Part shown: piece by piece, positions 1 to 11,914 of the stretch
Position numbering within the stretch: position 1 is the first letter of the stretch
Layout: each line of letters opens with the position of its first letter
Source: Peribolospora baueri
Lineage: Eukaryota
Reading direction: 5' to 3'
DNA length: 64,000 nucleotides
NCBI GenBank assembly: GCA_029717555.1
Contig: JAMDHS010000047.1
Location: forward strand, 1 to 64,000
Translations under genes and position numbers: made by a program
Notes under the pieces: model-generated
The model's input: the letters and a program-made list of their open reading frames with translations, nothing else
Told to the model about the DNA's origin: nothing
Database searches by the model: none

Positions 1-469
1 CTCCGCCCTTTGTTGTGGGTGAAAAGAAGTGTGCGGAGGTGTGCAGGCGAGAAGACGGGGCGGAGAGGGGCTGATATCGTCGCAGGGGAGGGGCGAAGAG
101 GGAGAAGACGGCGCAGGCGGTGAGCGCAGGAAGGACGTTACGGGATAGCGAGAAGGAGGAGCGGAGGAAGGAGGAGGAGCCCCGGAGAATCAGCATATAT
201 AGATCGCTAAGTCGGTCGGCTTTCCGGGTCGTGTCGCGAATCGAGAGTCCAGGCCAGGCGAGTCCCGTCCGAACTTTCGCTCCCCCCCCAGCCGCAGTCG
301 TCTCCGCCCACCAGGGACGATCAGGTTCGTGCGGGTATTGCCTAGACGACGACGACGACGACGACAGACGGCTTGCACTGTTAAGCCAGAAGTCTATCTC
401 GGCACCACCTACCAGGAAGCAGGCCGAATCAAACGAGTCGCAAGTCTCATTGCCGGCACTCGCGTCGCC

Positions 470-1888
470 ATGCCCGTCGACAGGATATACATCGCGCGGT
501 GAGCTGCCGAGGACGTGCGACCGCCTAGTTAGCGGGAACGAGAGAAGGAAGGAAGGAAGAAGGAAGGAAGGAAGAAAAGGCTTGCTTGCGCTGACGGCAG
601 ACCGTGCATTTTTTCGTATCGCACTGCCAACCTCCGGCCGGCTCCCATCCTCACTCGGTCCTTGTCGCTCTACCAAAAGTCATGGCTTTCGCATGTGCGT
701 CCCCTTCTACGGAGCCTTCCGGCACGACGCCAATGGCAGGCAGGACTTTCTGTCGCACGCGCGCGTAAATGTGCTAGACCGAACGTATGAGTGACCGACG
801 GTCCATGTTCTCCGCCCCCCCTCGCAGGAACTGGCAGACCCAGGTGTGGTTCTCGCCCACCGGCTTCCCTCGTGACCCGCCTCTGACCTCCCATGGCGAG
901 GTGAGTCTGGGAAAGACAAAACAGTCATGTCGTTGCACAAACCCAACCTGCGAGAAAGTGGCGAATCGAACGTGAATTCACCTCCCACCCCGACCCATCA
1001 CCACAGGACCAAGCCAGAGACCTTGCCTCCTACTTCCTCTCTCTGCCCGCCTCAGAGCGCCCACACCTCATCCTCTCCTCCCCCTACTACCGCTGCCTTC
1101 AAACCTCTCGCCCCGTCTCTCGCGCACTCGGCTTGCCCATCTATATCGAGCCAGGCCTAGCCGAGTGGTACCCGCCCGCCAAGCCTGGCACGGGGCTGCA
1201 CCCGCGGGCGGTGACGGCGCGGGAGATGAAAGAGTTTGTGGACGAGGTGGGCATCTGTAGGGACGAGGTGGGCATCCAGTCGTCTTACGAGGACGGCGCC
1301 TGGGCGCCGCTGGTGGAGGTGGATCGGAAGGGGGAGACCGTGGAGGAGATTCACGCCCGAACGGCGGAGATGCTGCGACGGCTTCTCGCCAAGATCGACC
1401 GCTGCGGCTTACCCGGTGATGGGTCCAACTCCGGCGAGAAGGAAGGCGCAGGGTTCAACGTCCTTCTCGTCACGCACGCCGCGACCAACATCGCCCTCGG
1501 TCGAGCGCTGCTGGGTGACACCAGCACGCGAAGACTGAAGGTCGGCACTGGATGCGCTACGCTAGGTCAATACGACCGCCAAGGAGAACGAGAAGTAGAG
1601 CAAGCGCGCGAGCAGGAGCTCTCTACTTCTCCCGCGTCTTCCTCGCCAGCTATTACTCCGCCGACGTCCGCGTTGCCGGGCATCGGCCAATGGAAGCAGA
1701 CACTCAACGGCTCGGCGACGCACCTCCCGCGCGGCGTCGAGCGAGACTGGAGCTTCGACGACGTGCCGCCGGAGCCGGAAGAAGATGGGATGGGTGAGGA
1801 TGGGGAGGAAGAGGAGAAGGCAAAGAGGGAGAAGATGAGCGCGGATGCCAACGCTTTCGACGCGAGGAGGACCAAAGCTGGGCTTTAG
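470..1888 (+). CDS. Histidine phosphatase (phosphoglycerate mutase-like) protein, TFIIIC tau55/Tfc7-like
   Basis: Exons 470-498, 680-694, 828-900 and 1007-1888 splice to MPVDRIYIARHGFRMNW...RDPPLTSHGE..ILSSPYYRCLQTS..IEPGLAEWY..LLVTHAATNIALGRAL. RHG motif and late VTH present; GT-AG introns. Confidence 0.85.
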
Positions 1889-2237
1889 AGCAGGCGGTTT
1901 GGTCTGGATGTTATCGTCTAGAATGATGTCGGCCCTCGGAAACCACTCGTCACTCTAGGTGTTGTTGGTGCTTCGATAGTGGTGGAATATAAATTGTGGC
2001 GCGGTCTTCTTGCGAGGGAAGCCACACAGCTGGGGAAGATCAGATAAACAAGTTAACGTGTGTCAATCACTCTCGGCAGACCAAAGGGGTTAGGCGCTGG
2101 TTATACGGTCAGACACCACAAAGTATGCGTCGTGCGTCGTTCTGCAGACAAACGCTTTCTACCCTTGGGAAAGGGGGTAAAGAAGTACAAATACAATGTC
2201 GTGTTGCAAGGATGTATCGAGCCATTCTACCACCCCA

Positions 2238-2830
2238 TCACCACTTGCGCTTTAGCTACCAGGAAGGAAGTGGAAGATAGGGAGCGAAGGGAGGAAGGGT
2301 CGAGCAGAGTTAGTCAGGTTTTCCTGTGAGCTGCGAGCACGGCGAGCGAGTAGATACAAAAGACGAGCGAGCGTGTTGAATGGGCCTCAAACTCCGCCAT
2401 GGACGACTCACCACATCCTGAACACACGCCTTGAATGCCTGGAACTCCTTCTCGCACATGCCCTTCTCCACCGCTTGGTAGGACGCAACAATGCACGCGC
2501 CATATACTTGGGCCTGTCGGAGTGGGCGGTGATGTGCGCGAACCGCGGCATGAAAAGGCGAACGGAAAGAGAAGGGTCGGCCCGCGTGAGCGTCGTAATA
2601 ATAAGCCACCCGCATGTCCCACTCGAGGCCGGAGGGAAAGCGCAAGGACATCCCCATGCCCCTAGCCACCCCGCTTCCCCTCCCCAAACTCCCACTCCTC
2701 ACATCCTCATTTTCCTCACGTCGCTCCATCCCTGCCGTCTCCTCGAACGCACCTGAGATGCGCAAGCGCCCGCGGCCTTCGCAAACGTACGAACGGGCCG
2801 CAAGTCCCGGGCCTTTGGAGGCGGTGGCAT
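2238..2830 (-). CDS. Small twin-CX9C protein, NDUFAF8-like complex I assembly factor
   Basis: Three exons: MPPPPKARDLRPVRTFAKAAGACASQ | AQVYGACIVASYQAVEKGMCEKEFQAFKACVQDV | LKRKW*. Two CX9C motifs; the last intron has a GACTAAC branch point and a pyrimidine tract. Confidence 0.75.
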
Positions 2831-3310
2831 GAGTGTGTGGGCGACTCTGGTCGGGTCGGGTCCTGCTCCACCGGAGAATATACCTATCTGATCTGGTTCT
2901 ACGACTTTGGTCGGGTCTCGTTACGTTCCTTCGCTTTCCGCCCCAACCCGTGAGCCGGTTGTGACAGGACTGCTGCGGCATGCGAGATCGATCTTCGATC
3001 TCAAGCCCGTCCGCCCGTTCAGGCCCGCCTACATCCGTCCGTGTTGGGCGGTGCTGCGCCACCGTGCGAGCGGCGGAGGTCCCGAGCTCTTGACGACGCC
3101 GTGGCCAGACCGAGACTGTTATAACTACCACCATTACTCGCCCACCCAGACCGAGACGGCATCCTAATTTTCTATACCAGCCTTCCAAAGTCCAACGTAG
3201 ATTCGCGTGATCGAATTCTTGTTAGCTGTGGAGCTCCACCGTCGTCCTGACCAACACATACTACTCCTGCTCCTTCACCCACCCACCCACCGGCCGATTG
3301 ACCGCCAAAG

Positions 3311-4584
3311 ATGTCTTTCTTCAAGCGCAAGGAAAAGGTCGAGATCCCCCCCGTGGCGTCTGAGTCTGCCATGCGCAACGAGCTTCTAGGTGGCCCAGGA
3401 GCAGCCGGCGCAAGACCCGGTCGCGGGCCACCCGCTGGAGCTCCGCCTGGGCGTCAAGGCGGTTACGGTGGTGCCTATGGAGCCGGTGGTGGTGGCTACG
3501 GTGGTGGTGGTGGCTACGGCGGTGGTGGTGGCTACGGCGGTGGTGGACCTCCCCCGTACGGTGACGGCGGGGCATATGGCCCGAATCCGCAGCGCAACGA
3601 GCTGTTTGCCGGCGCGAAGCCCCCTCGAGAGGGCTTCGGGTCTCAATTCGATCACACCTACGGCTCCGGGGCGAGGGGTGGTGCCCCGGAGGAGGACGAG
3701 TACGCTGAGTATGATGGCGGTCGCTCGGCTGGCGGCGGCGGTGGAGGCTACGGGGACGAGCAGGCGCAAGACGAGGACGACGAGGTGGAGGCTATCAAGC
3801 AGCAGATGAGGTTCACCAAGCAAGAGAGCTTGAGTTCCACTCGTAATGCCTTGCGCGTAGCCAGGGAGGCGGAGGAGACGGCCAGCAACACCCTGTTGAA
3901 ACTCGGCCACCAGAGCGGTGGGTAGAGCTGCATCTTGTCCAAGTCTCACTCCGAGCCGTGATTCTAATTATCTCATCATCTCATTTCCGTTTTCTTTTCC
4001 CATCACATTTAGAACGCATTGCCAACACGGAGCGTAACTTGGACTTGGCCAAGGCACACGGCGCGCGAGCGGAGGACAACGCGAAGGAGATCGTCGCCCT
4101 GAACCGGTCCATCTTCCGTCCTTCGGTCACGTGGAACAAGCAGGCTAAACGAGATGCTGAGGAGGCGCGGATCGTGGCTCGGCACCTTGAAGAGCGCGAG
4201 GAGAGGGAGCAGGCTCGGAAGCAGGTCATGGAGTCCAAGACACGCGTCGACCGCGCCATGGGCGGACCTGGCTCCGGCGGCGACCGGTTCGGCGGTTCCG
4301 GTCGCTTCGGTTCCTCCTCCTCCAGCAAAGACAAGACGAACAAGCTGGCCCAGAGGAGCAGGTACCAATTCGAGGCGACAGCCAGCGACGACGAGCTTGA
4401 GGACGAGCTGGACGGCAACCTGGACGAGATGTCTTCCCTCTCCAAGCGCCTCCATAATTTGGGCTCGGCGATGGGTCAGGAGATCGACGCGCAGAACGTT
4501 AGGTTGGGGAGGGTCTCGGATAAGGTGGACGCGGCGGATCTAAGGATCGGCTCGCAGACGAGGGCGTTGGAGAGGATCAAGTAG
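3311..4584 (+). CDS. SEC9: SNAP-25-like Qbc t-SNARE Sec9
   Basis: RNELF repeats, Gly/Tyr-rich N-terminus, first SNARE motif (IKQQMRFTKQESLSSTRNALR) and second SNARE motif (LDGNLDEMSSLSKRLHNLGSAMGQEIDAQN). One intron at ~3920-4011. Confidence 0.92.
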
Positions 4585-5513
4585 AGGAGCTGTCGTGCTT
4601 CCGCTCGTCACTGGCCGAGCCCGTTCCCTCCTCGTCCATCTCCGCGCTTCCGTCTCTCGCCTCCATCTCTCTTGCCTCCACCTCTCTCTCTCTTTTCGGA
4701 CATCTTCTCCCGGTTCCGTCTCGCTCTTTCCCTCCCAGTACAACTTGGGCGTCTTTCTCGTCTCCCACACCCCAATACTCGTCCATCTTGCCTCACATCC
4801 TTGCCGTTCGTAGACCGCCAGCCACTCGCGATCGAGTGGGTTTCTCGTCGGAACTTTAAAAACTGCTTCCGATTTATGAACGCAGTCCCGTTTGACGAAA
4901 ACGGTTCCGAGCCGCTGCTATCTTTCGGGGTGGGCGAAGGGCGTGGGGCGAGTTAGAAGAGTGGTATCATCATACACATATAAGTCTCGAAACGAAGCGC
5001 GTCGATCAGGGACGACGTCGAGCCCGCGCCCGGCCTATATTCGCTCGAGAGCGACGGCATCGCGCATTCCTGTGGGTGGGTGGCGCTGCCGTGCACGTCA
5101 AGTCGATCGTCGTGGAGCGACAGCGCAGCCGGACGGGTCGGGCCTCGGCTTGCTCGGGTCCTTTGTGACCTTCATCTAATGGACCGGGAAGTGGGTGACA
5201 CGAGACGGGCCGACAGGACACGACGCGACACGAGGTGGCGCCGCCGATCGTGGTGGTCCGTGCACAGCACAGCGGTCTGCGGGCCCGTCTTGCCTGTATC
5301 AGCGAGGATGCAAGACAGGGCGGGGTGTTCATCAGAGACGTCCGACGGGGATATCGTGGTCAGTTTCAATATGAAGGAGGAGGACGAAAGGGTGTGAGAG
5401 AGAGTGTGTATGGAATGGATGGCCGGCGGTGAAGGTGGTGGGACGTTGACGTGGCGTGGCGAGGCATGATGTGGGCAGGCAGTGGAGAGCTAGGGAAAGG
5501 GAGGTGGACAACC

Positions 5514-5545
5514 ATGCCATGCCATGCCATGCCATGCCATGCCAT
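5514..5545. repeat. (GCCAT)n pentanucleotide microsatellite
   Basis: About six tandem GCCAT units read directly. Confidence 0.9.
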
Positions 5546-7573
5546 ATCCTTTCCCACCCGGCGCTCTCTCCACGTAATCACAGCGCCTGGCACGTAAACC
5601 GAGGTCGGCGGTCAGCCTTTTGCATATCGGTGGCAGATGTGCAGCAACTAGATTTCTAGAAAGTGTGTGCTGTGCCGCTCTCGAGGTGTGCGCCCGGCAT
5701 CGGACCGTCCGCGCGGACCATGCGCGGTGGAATCGGGTCGGTTGTTTGCAGGATCGGGCTACGTCGGCGCTTGCGATTGCAAGATCGATCGCGTTCCCAC
5801 GCCGTTCCAGCCCGAGCCGAAGCCGCTCCCACCCACGCCGACAAGGACAAGGGGCGTCCCTCGGCGCGCGTCTGCTCCATTCCCATGCGTCTCGACCCCT
5901 GTCCTTCCTTCCACCGCAGCACCGAGCAGGGCGGCAGGTCTAGTACGAGTACGAGTACCTCACCGGCGGATCCATCAATCGGGCCGCCTCTCTTTCACCG
6001 CCTCTTCGCCGCGCTCGTGGTGCTGCGGCAATGCCAACCTTGGTGTCGTCGACGTGCTTCGACGCGCAGGCATGAGCGATGCCGGCGAGAAAGATCCGTT
6101 TTGTCCTTGTCAAACACGGCCGGCGGTTGACAGAAGCTCTCCCTTCTCCTTTCCGCCCCCTATGTTCATGACCAAGCGTGGAGGCGTACTCCGTTGCTCC
6201 TTCCCACCCTTCCGCTCCCCGAAGCGAGCTTCGCGTAGCAAACACGACTAGACCGCCAGCTCTTCACCCGCCACTAGGCCAGGGCGCGACACCGGGCCCG
6301 GGCAACCAGCGGTCGTCTCCCTCGACTTACTGCACACCGTACATCTGCGTACGCAAGGAGTGGCTTGCCCAGCACTACTGCTCTCCTTCTCGACTCCGAG
6401 GCGACCGACTGCTTCCTCCCTCCCTCGACGCCCTCGTCGTTCTCCGGACCTCATCGCGTCTCTCCCCCGCTGATCCGCCAATCTACTCCCTCCTCGCCGC
6501 AACGCCCACTTCGCACACCGACCTTGGAATGCGGCACTGTACCACCAGCGCTATCACCGTCCAGATGCCCATTCCCACCCCCCTCCCCCGATCCAACTAA
6601 ATACATCGGCACCGCGAGCCCGTACCAACGGAAAGTTCTCCTCACTCCGCCGACGTTCGCTGAGCCCGCCGGCCCGCTTCCAACCAGCCTGGCCCAGCTC
6701 GGCGTCTTGCTATGTTCCTTCTCCTGCTTCGTCGCCCTCCTTGTCTTCATTCCCGCGTCCGCCGAGGTGGCTCGATGTCTTACTCACACACCGACGTCGG
6801 TTCCTCGACGGCTGCGCGTCGAAGCACTCCGTCTACTCCTTGTTTTGGCCGAACCTCCCGTCCATCCACAGGACCAAGCCCGACTGTCGCGCTTCATCGA
6901 TGACGACAAAAGAAAAAGCGAAAGCGTGCCCTCCGAGCCCCTCCGGGCCTTTCCGGCTTTGCCTTGTCCCGAACAGACGGACGGGCGGGCCAACCAACGC
7001 ACGGACGGCGGATCAGCGCATTTAAAATGTCTCATTCCTTTGTATTAGACCGCCAGCTCCGCCCGTCATCGATACGATCGTCTTGTTTGCAAGTCACCTT
7101 CTTTCTCCCCATCCATCCATCAGGGTCCCCCTCCTTCCCCAACCCTCATTTTTCGCCTTTCCCATGTCCACCTCATCGAAGGATAAGAAGGGCCAAAAGA
7201 ACGTCAAACCGTGAACCCGCCCCCTCATCTCATCGAGCCTCATCTTCCCTCGTCCTCCTTCCATCCACCCCCACCTCTTCTCCATCAGACATTCCTTCCT
7301 CGAGACCTACCAGGCCCACCCTCAGTTTTCCTACATCGCATCCATCTACAAAACTTCTCTTTCCTCTCCGAACGAGACAGAGACAACATCTCCAAACTGG
7401 CGCCCTTGCGTGCCCGTCGCCCCCAGCCCCCTCTCCCTTCCCCCCACCCCATTCACCACCTACCTTCTGTACGGTTCTGCCGTCGTGGTCGCAGACGCGC
7501 GCTCTCTTCTCCTCCCGACCTCGAACCAAGCGGTCCATTCGAGCTTGTCCCCATCGATTGCAGCAAACTCCGA

Positions 7574-7933
7574 ATGACTAAGTATTACGCTGGTTAGTTG
7601 GGGTTTTTTCTTCTCTCTCCCGCCCGCGTCAGCCCTTGCCTTCCCTCCTGACTCCTCCAGCACTCTTTTCTTTCCCATCCGCCGTCGTTTCTCTAGTCGC
7701 CGTAGGCCGCGAGACTGGCGTGTTTACCAGCCAGTTCGAATTTAAGACTTCCACCTGGAACTAGTGAGCCACCTCGGTCGCCTTTATAGAACCGTGTCTC
7801 TGATGCCGGACAAGGTGAATACGTCTTAACAGCGATCTCCCATTTTTCCTCCGACAGCCCCGGCGCGCTCTATCGCATCTTCTCCAACGCCGAGGACGCT
7901 TGGCTGTGGTACACGGATAACGTGACGTGTTGA
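7574..7933 (+). CDS. Putative microprotein made only of an RNase H1 N-terminal hybrid-binding (Cauli_VI/viroplasmin) domain
   Basis: Exons 7574-7592, 7697-7763 and 7858-7933 (donors GTTAGT and GTGAGC, acceptors TAG and CAG, CTTAAC branch point in intron 2) give MTKYYAVAVGRETGVFTSQFEFKTSTWNYPGALYRIFSNAEDAWLWYTDNVTC*. This matches the YAVxxGRxxGVF...YPGAxY..F...EDAW pattern. Confidence 0.72.
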
Positions 7934-9134
7934 TGAACAAATCTGTCTCGATGAATGCGAGCGCCGAAGGACAACGGACGTAGGACGGACGCGCTCAGCC
8001 TCTCTCTATCCGTCCTTTCACCTTGCCACATCGGTTCGACTTCGGCGCCAATCGTCCCCAGCTACGCACGCGCCTTGTTCGATGCACGCCCGCAGCGCTC
8101 GCAAAGGCCCCTCCCTTCCTCTCTCCAAGGCTCCCTCTTTTCTTTCCGAGGGCGACCCGAACTTCTGATCTCAATCTCGGCCACCTACCCGCATATTTGT
8201 CCTTAGGACCTCCCAACGGAAACACCAACTCCGCCCGTGTACACCTCTCTCCGACCCGTTCAGAACGTCGAGCAACACCACCAACAACAACAACCGCCCC
8301 AGCAGAATTGAAAATGTTTTTCTTACACGCTCTAGCATGTACGACAGCTAGCGGCCACCTTTCTCTCTCTTCTTTCGCACGTTTTCTCCGTATCGGCTCC
8401 GTCTCGCCACGAGTTTTCCTCTTCTAGTGGGCCCCCAGTGTGGGTCTGACATCTGTCGCACACCCAACCCGTCTTGTGTTGTGTCGTCCGCGTCTCCATG
8501 CCGTCGGGATGCCGAGTTTCTACGCATCTCCGTCTCTCCTTACTTTATTTTCTCTTCCGTTCTTGTATTTGTCCTTTACCGTGCCCCCTCCCTTCCCCAC
8601 CAAAAACATCCCGTCTCGGCAGTCGTGAGCCCTTCTATACCTTACAGATAGGGTAGACTTGTTCATCCGCACCTCTCCTCCCCACACTGAATGAAACGAT
8701 TGCACACGTTCTCCTGAACTCGAGTCTGTCTTCCGACCCATACAGACTGCACTACGAGCAAGTAGACAGATGGTTTAGCCCATTCTTGCTCTGTTTCCCG
8801 ACGTCCTACCCTTCCTCTCGGGCTGGGCAGTAATAGCTGACGTAATGCTCCCGTGTGATCGAACGCGGATAGCCGCAGCGAGCGAGCGATCGGCCTCCGT
8901 CGTTATCAGCCTCCCCGCCCGCGCCCAAAGCGAAAGCGTCACGGACGACCCGACGGCTTTGCCCCCCATCCCCCATCCCACACCCCGGCGAAAGCGCGAG
9001 CTCCCTTGAAACCCCACCTTCCCCCAGTCTCCTTTTGTCCATCTGAATAGGATCCCCTCTTCTTAACCTTTGCTTTTTTTAGTTCTCTCCCCTTGGAGCT
9101 TTGTACTTGACCCCGCCCTCCGGTCCGGATCACT

Positions 9135-11061
9135 ATGACGGTAAGAAAGGCTACACACGCCGGTAGCTGGTACACTTCTAACTGTGAGTTTGTCTTTTGC
9201 GGCCCGGGTCTGCTGGGACCCCTTCCGTCCTAGGAAAGGGTTGAAATTGCTATTGTGTCCCTTTTATTTGGGCGCATGGAGGAAGTTCCGTTAGTGTAGA
9301 ACCGAAAGTGTCCTGGACACTCAACGCCTCTTCGCCGTTTTCACTGCCACCGCTTACGCACCTACCTCAGCGGGCAGGCTCGACAAGGAGCTAGACTCGT
9401 ACCTCTCCGCCGTCGATCCCAAACTCGTTCCCGCTCGCTTTGATGGCGTCGAACCTAACTGGCCCTCTCCCTCTCCCGCTGGCGGCGGCGCTTCGGAGAG
9501 CGTGGGCGGGACGGCCAGCAGGGGCCGGATGGTCATGCCCGTCAAGGGTTGTAGGGCCATCATTGCGCCGTGAGTTTGAGCCCTTCCTTCTCAGAAAAAC
9601 AAGGAGCCGGTGGAGAGGCTCTGCATGGTGGCGAACACCCCCGGCCTCCCTCCGAGCCTTATCCGCCCTTTGACAACTCGGAATTGCCGTTTGGCCCACT
9701 TTCGCGCACTTAACGTTCCCCCGTTTCCCGCTCTGCTCCTATCCTATCCCCCAAACGAATCGACTCGACTCGACTCACAGGCACGCGGGATACTCTTACT
9801 CCGGTCCTGCAGCCGCTTGGGCGTATAAGTGCATTGACGTGACGGCGATGTGAGTTGACGAGCCTACCCTCACGATCTCTGGCGAGGCTCGGTTCCTCAC
9901 GTCCCCTTCTCCACACAGCAAGAGAGTCTTTATCCTAGGGCCTTCTCATCACTTCTACCTCGACGGGTGTGCTCTCTCCCGGTGCGAGCAATATGACACG
10001 CCTCTCGGAAAGCTGGAGCTCGATCAAGAGAGTGAGTGCGATAGGTAGGGGAATGGTTGTTCGGTCGACAAGAGCCGAATTGAAATTTCTCACACCTTTG
10101 CTTCCTCTCCTCGGAACGTTCGCCGTATCAGCGATAGCCAAACTGCGCTCTACGGGCAAGTTTACCGAGATGACGCTCGATGTTGACGAGGACGAGCACA
10201 GTATCGAGATGCACCTCCCTTACGTGCGAAAGGTTTTCGAGAAGTGAGTCACTCCTCCAAGGCTAGGCAGAGATTTGCTTGCTATCTCGTCGTCCGCTTC
10301 GCTGCGACCGACAGTCCATCTGTTTGAATTTACTCTCTTCCTCTCTCCCAGGCGAGACATCAAAATCGTGCCCATCCTTGTCGGCGCCATCTCCTCGTCA
10401 AGCGAGCTCAAGTTTGGAAAACTCCTCGCCCCTTATCTCGATGATCCCGCCAACCTTTTCGTCATCTCGAGCGACTTTTGTCATTGGTGAGCTCGAAACG
10501 AACGGTGAGGTTTGGGTGCCGAGGCGGTGATTTATCGATGACTTGGCCATTTTTATGGCATGCTGTCCCTTTCGCTTTCGCCTTTCTAGGGGCCTGCGTT
10601 TCAATTACACCTACTACACTCCATCCCCAACCGGCCATCCCGCCCACCTCACCCGCTCCTCCCTCCCCTCCTCTCTCTCCCCAGACTTCCCCATCCACGC
10701 CTCCATTACCACCCTCGACCATGCCGCCATGGACGCCATCTCTATTCCTGCCCCCTCTCCCCTCACGCCCACGACCAACAAGTCGGCCCGACAGGCGCAC
10801 GATGAGTTCTCGGCTTGCATCAAGCGCACCCGCAACACCGTCTGCGGGCGGCACCCCATCGGTGTGCTACTGGGCGCGTTGGTCGCGCTGGAGGAGGCGG
10901 ACGAGAAGAAGAAGACGGGCGCGGGCGCAGCGGAGGGAAGAGGAAGAGGAGCACCGAAGAGGGCGACGGAGGTGCGATTCGTGCGGTACGAGCAGAGCAG
11001 TCAGTGCGTCGAGGTGGCGGATAGCAGCGTCAGCTACGCGAGCGCGTTCATCAAGTGGTGA
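9135..11061 (+). CDS. MEMO1: MEMO1/UPF0103 family protein
   Basis: Multi-exon: [78 protein letters not shown]. Confidence 0.92.
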
Positions 11062-11914
11062 TCTGGTGCGCTTTCCCACCATCGCTGGGAAAGCGATGTT
11101 AGTCCCGTCAGCGATCCTCGTCCGTCGACCTTGATCTGCCAGAGTTTCTAGGGTTTTTCCAATGCATACTCAATACATGCTCAACGTCATCGTAACGAAG
11201 GCCCAATCTTCCCTCAGCCCCCATAATTGGTTTTACATTCGCGAGCAGCCCGTCTGCCCACCCCGCAGAAGCTAGTCAAGGCAGTCGGCCCTTCTTGCGA
11301 GCCAGATCAGGCAGACTCGCATCGGTCGAAAACACCTGATGCCGCTCTACGTCTGTCGCGCACTCTTCTTCGTAAACCTCCCGAGAAAATCGACGACACC
11401 TTTTTCCCCACCCTCCGCTCGAATGTCTCGTTCGTGCGTTGGCACCCTTTTTCTACGGCGACATGGGCGGAGCGGGCGCCGGCAAGCTGTTGGTGCTAGA
11501 GGACGAGAGGGACCACTGCGGAACCACGAGAGGAGGACTCGAATCGAATCCTTATCAGATGCTCCCATGCGTCGGTTGGGAGCGCAGTCCCATAAGTTTT
11601 CACCATGGCTACGAGAGGCCGGGCCGTCTTCCTCGATTTAAACATCCCGTTCTCTGACGCAATAGAACGGGATGACAGCACAGTCAGCAACTGTCCATTC
11701 TACAGAACGGCGCGGTTCGAGCCGGTTCGGGAATAGAGTCTTAGTTGGCGTATAGGAGCGTACAAGTACAATCTACGGCTGAAATAGCGGAAGCCTGCCT
11801 CTTCCCCTCGTCGCGGAAGTCAACGGCCTCGTCGAGTAGCGAGAAAGATGCTGAAGTGTCCCCTTCCTCCCATATCATCTCGGGGCATTGAATGGAGGCC
11901 TTTCCCATGGCCTT

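Noticed and set aside
1..205. Possible 5' end of a minus-strand gene with a TATA-like run at ~195-202
   Set aside because: No coding sequence is visible inside the window, so it cannot be supported.
1860..1895. Cryptic peroxisomal targeting signal (C-terminal AGL; TGA-CTA readthrough motifs at stops in the window)
   Set aside because: AGL is not a canonical PTS1, and none of the predicted stops I checked has the TGA CTA context.
3483..3546. Tandem GGTGGTGGTGGCTAC repeats as a CRISPR-like or regulatory array
   Set aside because: They encode GGGGY low-complexity repeats of Sec9; no spacers, and the genome is eukaryotic.
7929..7975. TGATGA after the microprotein stop as a snoRNA C-box
   Set aside because: Better explained as tandem stop codons; no nearby D-box.
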